DNA of 64,000 nucleotides from Eledone cirrhosa (taxonomy: Eukaryota): contig OZ024745.1 of NCBI GenBank assembly GCA_964016885.1, forward strand, positions 100,316,001 to 100,380,000, given 5' to 3'. How positions within the stretch are numbered: position 1 is the stretch's first letter; every line of letters begins with the position of its first letter. The notes under the pieces are model-generated. The model saw nothing but the letters and a program-made list of their open reading frames with translations. It was not told where the DNA came from and did no database searches. The position numbers and the translations under genes are program-made. This document shows, piece by piece, positions 58,563-64,000 of the stretch.

Positions 58563-58730
58563 AATAATTGTTTCTACATCTGGCACAAGGCCAGCGATTG
58601 AAAGGAAGGAAAAAGTCGATTAAATCGACCCCAGTGCGTTACTGGTACTTTATTTTATCGACGCCTGTGAGAATGAAAGGCAAAGCTAACCTCAACCGGA
58701 TTTGAGCTCAGAACTTAAAGTGACGTAACA
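58563..58730 (-). mobile_element. SINE family A (long variant)
   Basis: Family-A tail, gtcgattaaatcgac insert and body. Confidence 0.75.
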
Positions 58731-58777
58731 TTTATTCAGATATACATATACATATACATACATATATTCACATATAC

Positions 58778-58840
<63 letters not shown>

Positions 58841-58841
58841 G

Positions 58842-58897
<56 letters not shown>

Positions 58898-58946
58898 ATT
58901 GTCTATATATTTTATGCATAGATATACACACAACCATACTTATATA

Positions 58947-58990
<44 letters not shown>

Positions 58991-59049
58991 TATGTGCGTG
59001 TGTGTATTTTTGTAGAGCGTTCGCACGCACACACACACGCACGCACACG

Positions 59050-59117
<68 letters not shown>

Positions 59118-59318
59118 GACACACACATACATATATAGGCATACCCTTGGTCGTGTGGTCTTGGAGTTCACTTTTCAATGAAGGTTCTGTACTACAGCAG
59201 GTCACAATCACCATATTCCACCTGTTATAGACTCGGTTTAACGAATGCTTTCTGAAGAAAATTTGGTTGAGTGAAACTGTCTGTGTAAGTATTTACTACA
59301 CATAGATATACCTGTATG

Positions 59319-59593
59319 CAAAAGCCTTGTTTCTGAGGGGTACCAGGGGACAAGTCCACCCTACTTTTTTCAGACATTTATGTTTTATTTTTTGTTTATT
59401 TGATATAATAAATTCTTTTTAAGCTTATTTTTTTTATATCTGAATCTTTATTTGAATATATAAAATTTAATTACGTAACATTTTACTTATGTGATCGGGT
59501 CCGGGAAAGACACCATAAGCAATTTATGCTCCTTTAAGAACCAACAAATGTTGGTTTGTCCCCCTCACATTTTTAAGGCAAACGAGGACCCTG
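59319..59593. mobile_element. hAT-type MITE
   Basis: Ends caaaagccttgttt / aaacgaggaccctg; 8-bp TSD cctgtatg / cctgtata. Confidence 0.6.
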
Positions 59594-59829
59594 CCTGTAT
59601 ATGTTCGTAACTGTTAATGTTTACTGTTTGTTTACGTCTCATAATATAGCCTCTTGACCAAAAGGTATTGGCTGATGTTGATACGCCACCATGGACACTG
59701 TCTAATGACGGGCAATAGTGAAAGAGTTCTGTGTCTGTGTGTGAACGCACACACTTACATATATATCTGTTAAGATTTCCTTAAATTGTTTAATTCCAAC
59801 GTACAAAGATACACACACACATCTATCTA

Positions 59830-60140
59830 TGAATGGCCCGTGTGAATGGGCCTTCACTCTACATCAGACTATAGGTGAGGAAGATGAAAGACCAAGGGAG
59901 CACCCCTTCTCTGTGCTCCCGAGGAAAAGGGTTGCACACTTTTTTTCGGGGGTGTGTGCGACCCCCCAAGGCGCCTCCTCTCTATTGAGGACTTTGTTAT
60001 ACATTTTATTTTTTGTTATATTTTATTTTATTTTTATATATTGTTATTGCCTCCTCCTTATTGAGGACGCCTTGTTTTGTAAACTCCCCCCATTGTACTT
60101 GTCCCACTTTTGATGCCCTGGTGGCAAATAAAAGAAACAT
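59830..60140 (+). mobile_element. Short 3' end of a Tx1/L1-type LINE
   Basis: aatggcccgtgtgaatgggcctt...gaggaagat and gtggcaaataaaagaaa match the 23895-24190 end; flanked by atctatctat duplicates. Confidence 0.75.
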
Positions 60141-60165
60141 ATCTATCTATTTATCAATCTCTCTC

Positions 60166-60227
<62 letters not shown>

Positions 60228-60325
60228 ATATTCATTTACATTAAGGCTAAAGTGAGTCTTGTTACTCTGGAGTTTCGCCTGTGTGTGTGTATATATATAT
60301 ATAGGTTCATTCTGACATTACAATA

Positions 60326-60417
60326 GAGGTCCGACGAGCTTATGATTCCAGAGTCGAGCCACATCGATACAGATCGAACTTTGAACTGATCAATAGCGAA
60401 ACGCGCGTCACCAATCA
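60326..60417 (+). ncRNA. Hammerhead-like motif with long stem II (core CCGACGA)
   Basis: ggt CCGACGA gc...gc GAAA cgcgcg TC acc; palindromic stem III, GUC triplet, one core deviation. Confidence 0.6.
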
Positions 60418-60461
60418 ATAAACGTAACGAAGGCTTGACAAATCGTCATTGTATTATATAT

Positions 60462-60792
60462 AATAATAATAATGAAATTATTGTGTACAGTGCTCAGGTG
60501 CACTACAACTCATCAAAGGTGCATGTATAGTACATAGAATAATGTACACATGTCAGGAAAATAAACAGTGTATGAGTCATGATATAATAACAATAATGAA
60601 ATATTGTGTACAGTGCCCAGGTGCACCACAACTCATCAAAAAAGTGCATGTACAGTACATAGGGCAATGCACAAACATCAGTAAAATGAACAGTGCACGA
60701 GTCATGATACACACATGTGTGCATGTGTATGGAAGGCGTACATCAGGTGTAGTTTTGGCGTATTTCGGGAAGCATGAGTGTCTTAAAGGATG
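60462..60792 (-). mobile_element. CR1 LINE 3' tails (two overlapping copies)
   Basis: Homologous to 62030-62230 (aattattgtgtacagtgctcaggtgcactacaactc). Confidence 0.75.
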
Positions 60793-60832
60793 TATATATA
60801 TATTGTTTAATGTTTGTTTGTTCTGCTCATCA

Positions 60833-60872
<40 letters not shown>

Positions 60873-62027
60873 CTATTTATTACACACACACATTGCAATC
60901 ATAAAATGACATTCATATAAATAACACTATATTTGTCAGTCGGAACAAAAAGACTTACCAAGTTACATTTATTTATAAATAATTGTTTCTACTTTTGGCA
61001 CAAGGCCAGCAATTACCCCAGTGTATTACTGGTACTTTATTTTATCGACCCCGTAAGAATGAAAGGCAAAGTTAATAATAGTATTATAATTGAAAATGTT
61101 GAATGTTGACTTAAGTTTCGTACGACCAGTTGAAAGTCGGAATACTAGTCACTATTGAAGATTTTGAGCTGTATAGAACTTTATCAATTTATATAGAAAA
61201 AAATCTATTTCTCTATGTTTCTGTGAGGTAATTTGTTTCATTTTCTTGTTGCTTAGAAACTGTTAAATTGATTATTTACTCTACGCTTTTTTACTCTACG
61301 CTTTTTTATCCTTACGAGGTCCAAGAAATAAAGTACCAGTAACGCACTGGGTCGATTTAATCGACTTTCCCCTCCTTTCAAATTGCTGGCCTTGTGCCTA
61401 TATTAGAAACAATTATCATTGTATCAGTAGAGCGTCAGACAACATATTTTGCAGCGTAGGAGTTATGGTCCTCAATCAGTTGTGCATAAATCAGAAAAAA
61501 ATTATTATCATCAACTTTTTCAGGTTTCACCTGAAGAAAAAAAAAAAATTAAGAGTGGAGAGGGAAATGCTGCCTTCCAACCAGTTTGTTGAAAGTTGTG
61601 TGAGAAAGTCGAGCAAGATCCAAGTGACTGGGCTTGATCTGAGTATAATAATTGTTTCTACTTTAGGCACAAGACCAGCAATAACCCAGTACGTTACTGG
61701 TACTTTATTTTATCGATCCCGTAAGGATGAAAGGCAAAGTAAGCCTCGGCGGGATTTGAACTCAGACCGTAAAGGGACGTAACTATGCTGGAAAGCATGG
61801 CGTCCGACTCTCTACCGATACTGCCAATCCACCTAATAATAATTGTTTCTACTTTTGGCACAAGGCCATCAATTACCCAGTGCATTACTGGTACTTTATT
61901 TTATCGACCCCGTAAGGATGAAAGGCAAAGTTAACCTCGGCGGGATTTGAACTCAGACTGTAAAGGGAGGACGTAACTATGCTGGAAAGCATGGCGTCCG
62001 ACTCTCTACCGATACTGCCAATCCACC

Positions 62028-62430
62028 TAATAATAATGAAATTATTGTGAACAGTGCTCAGGTGCACTACAACTCGTCAAAGGTGCATGTATAGTACATA
62101 GAATAATATACAAATGTCAAGGAAGTGAATAGTGTATGAGTCATGATATACATGTGTGTATGTGTATGGAGGGGGAACATTAGGTGTAGTGTTGGCGAAT
62201 CTCAGGAAGCATGGAGGTTTTAAAGGAAGCAGTGTCTCGACAGCTAACAACTGATGCAGGTAGTTTGTTCCATGCTTCAGCAACTCTGAGCGTGAACAAA
62301 TGTTTCCGAAAGTCATGGGGGCTGTGCTGTTTTTTGACTTTGTGGGCATGACAACGTATGTTAGACACAGGGAAATCAAAAAGGTACTCAGGGTTATTGG
62401 CAAGATGGTTAATAATTTTTTGGGTGTTTA
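62028..62430 (-). mobile_element. CR1-clade LINE 3' end
   Basis: IRCHAHKV...FRKHLFTLRVAEAWNKLPASVVSCRDTASFK is the typical CR1 ORF2 C-terminus; (ATT)n tail. Confidence 0.85.
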
Positions 62431-62431
62431 A

Positions 62432-62700
62432 CAATGCGCCTGTAGATTGGAGAACATCTGAGAGAGCGGCGCACTTGCCCTAGCAGTCAAAGTTACCATG
62501 GATTTTTGTGGGCTTTGTCTATGAGTGCCCCTCGGAGGTATCCCCACTTTTGGGGAATTTGTTGTTTTTATGTTAAATATTTATTTTTTAGTCTTCTTTA
62601 TAACCCTTTCCCTCACAACGCCCCCCCCCCCCATTGTACTGTCCTGTACCGCCCTTATTGTCCTCTTAATGAAAGCCCTGTGTGGCTAATAAAGAAACCA
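62432..62700 (+). mobile_element. Probable Tx1-type LINE 3' UTR
   Basis: ccccattgtact...gccctgtgtggctaataaagaaa resembles the ends at 60090-60138 and 23900-23960. Confidence 0.5.
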
Positions 62701-64000
62701 TTACTACTACTACTACAACTACTACTACTACTAATAATAATAATAATAATGGTTTCTTATATAGGCACAAGGCCAGCAATTTTGGGGAGGGGAAAGTCGA
62801 TGAAATCGACCCTAGTGCGTTACTGGTACTTTATTTCATCGACTCCGTAAGGATGAAAGGCAAAGTTAATCTCGACGGGATTTGAACTCAGAACGCAAAG
62901 GGCCGTAATTCTATGCTGCAAAGCTGGCGTCCGACCCCCTCCACCGATACTGCCAATAATAATAATGATAATAATGATAATAATGATTTCTATTACTATA
63001 GGCACAAGGCCAGCAATTTCGGGGAGCGGGGGGGGGGGGGGGGGTCGATAAAATCGACTCCAGTACGTTACTGGTACTTTATTTCATCGACCCCCATAAG
63101 GATGAAAGGCAAAGTTACCCTCGGCAGGATTTGAACTCAGAACGCAAAGGGCCGTAACTCTATGCTGCAAAGCATGGTGTCCGAAAGATAAATATTTATG
63201 ATAGATCACAGCATATATTTGAAGTATCAAAGGTAAATTAAGGTAGGTGTAACTTCGTTTTTGAATTAGAAGCTTCCGCCATGAAAAGTGTTAATACACT
63301 CATGAGTTCAACTGAGAGTGATAGAGTACCAGTATGATACTGAGGTCGGGTCGATTTACTCAAATTGCTGGCCTTGTGCCTAAATTAGAAACTTTCATAA
63401 TAATTGTTTCTACTTTTGGCACAAGGCCAGCAATCACCTAGTGCATTACTGGTACTTTATTTTATCGACCGCGTAAGGATGAAAGGCAAAGTTAATCTCG
63501 GCGGGATTTGGACTCAGAATGTAAAAGGCCATAACTCTATGCTGTAAAACAGAGTGTCTGACGCTCTACCGATACTGCCAATCAACCCACAATAATAGTT
63601 GTTTCTACTTTTGGTACAAGGTCATCAATTAGAAGGGAAGGGGGAAATCGATTAAATCGAACTCAGTGCATTATAATGAAAACAATAATAAAAATAATAT
63701 AATAATAATTATTATTTTCATAGTATCGGTAGAGAGTCGGACACCATGCTTTTCAGCATAGAGTTACGGCCCTTTACGGTCTGAGTTCAAATCCCGCCGA
63801 GGTTAACTATGCCTTTTATCCTTACGGGGGTCGATAAAATAAAGTATCAGTAATGTACTGAGTAATTGCTGGCCTTGTGCCAAATGTAGAAACAATTATT
63901 AGAAACATTGCTTCATTTTTACATATCTAAGCATTAGTAAAATAACTAATAATTTCAAAAGTAATTTTTCAATTCCAATTGTTATGAACAGCAAAACATT

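Larger units (their letters stand above)
60978..63900. mobile_element. Dense cluster of ~10 SINE family A copies and fragments in both orientations
   Basis: Minus copies at ~60980, 61646-61833, 61836-62027, 62745-62955, 62985-63185, 63398-63588; plus copies at ~61305-61415 and 63720-63900. Confidence 0.85.

Overview
AT-rich eukaryotic, repeat-dominated DNA. The SINE, RTE and microsatellite repertoire suggests an octopus or other coleoid cephalopod, but this is an inference and not verified. The only supportable host-gene sequence is one 70-nt minus-strand exon (17040-17109; IKKEDIIYEPIRFRRQTVCDCPP-G). It has strong splice sites, a furin-type RxRR motif and CxCPPG, the signature of transmembrane collagens (COL13/23/25, MACIT type), so much of the window is probably intron. 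The rest is decayed mobile DNA: RTE, R4/Dong, Tx1/L1, CR1, CRE and Hero non-LTR fragments, a Penelope-like (Naiad/Chlamys-type) GIY-YIG 3' end, Helitron remnants, piggyBac- and hAT-type MITEs, many tRNA-derived SINEs, minisatellites, multi-kb (TA)n arrays and a 200-N scaffold gap. The most notable hidden layer is a set of hammerhead-ribozyme motifs from several unrelated repeat families, including a tandem pair that defines a ~296-nt retrozyme-like monomer. Also notable are a ~3.4-kb quasi-palindromic (TA)n array and a 35-bp minisatellite born inside a LINE reverse transcriptase. All very long ORFs in the supplied track are microsatellite artefacts.
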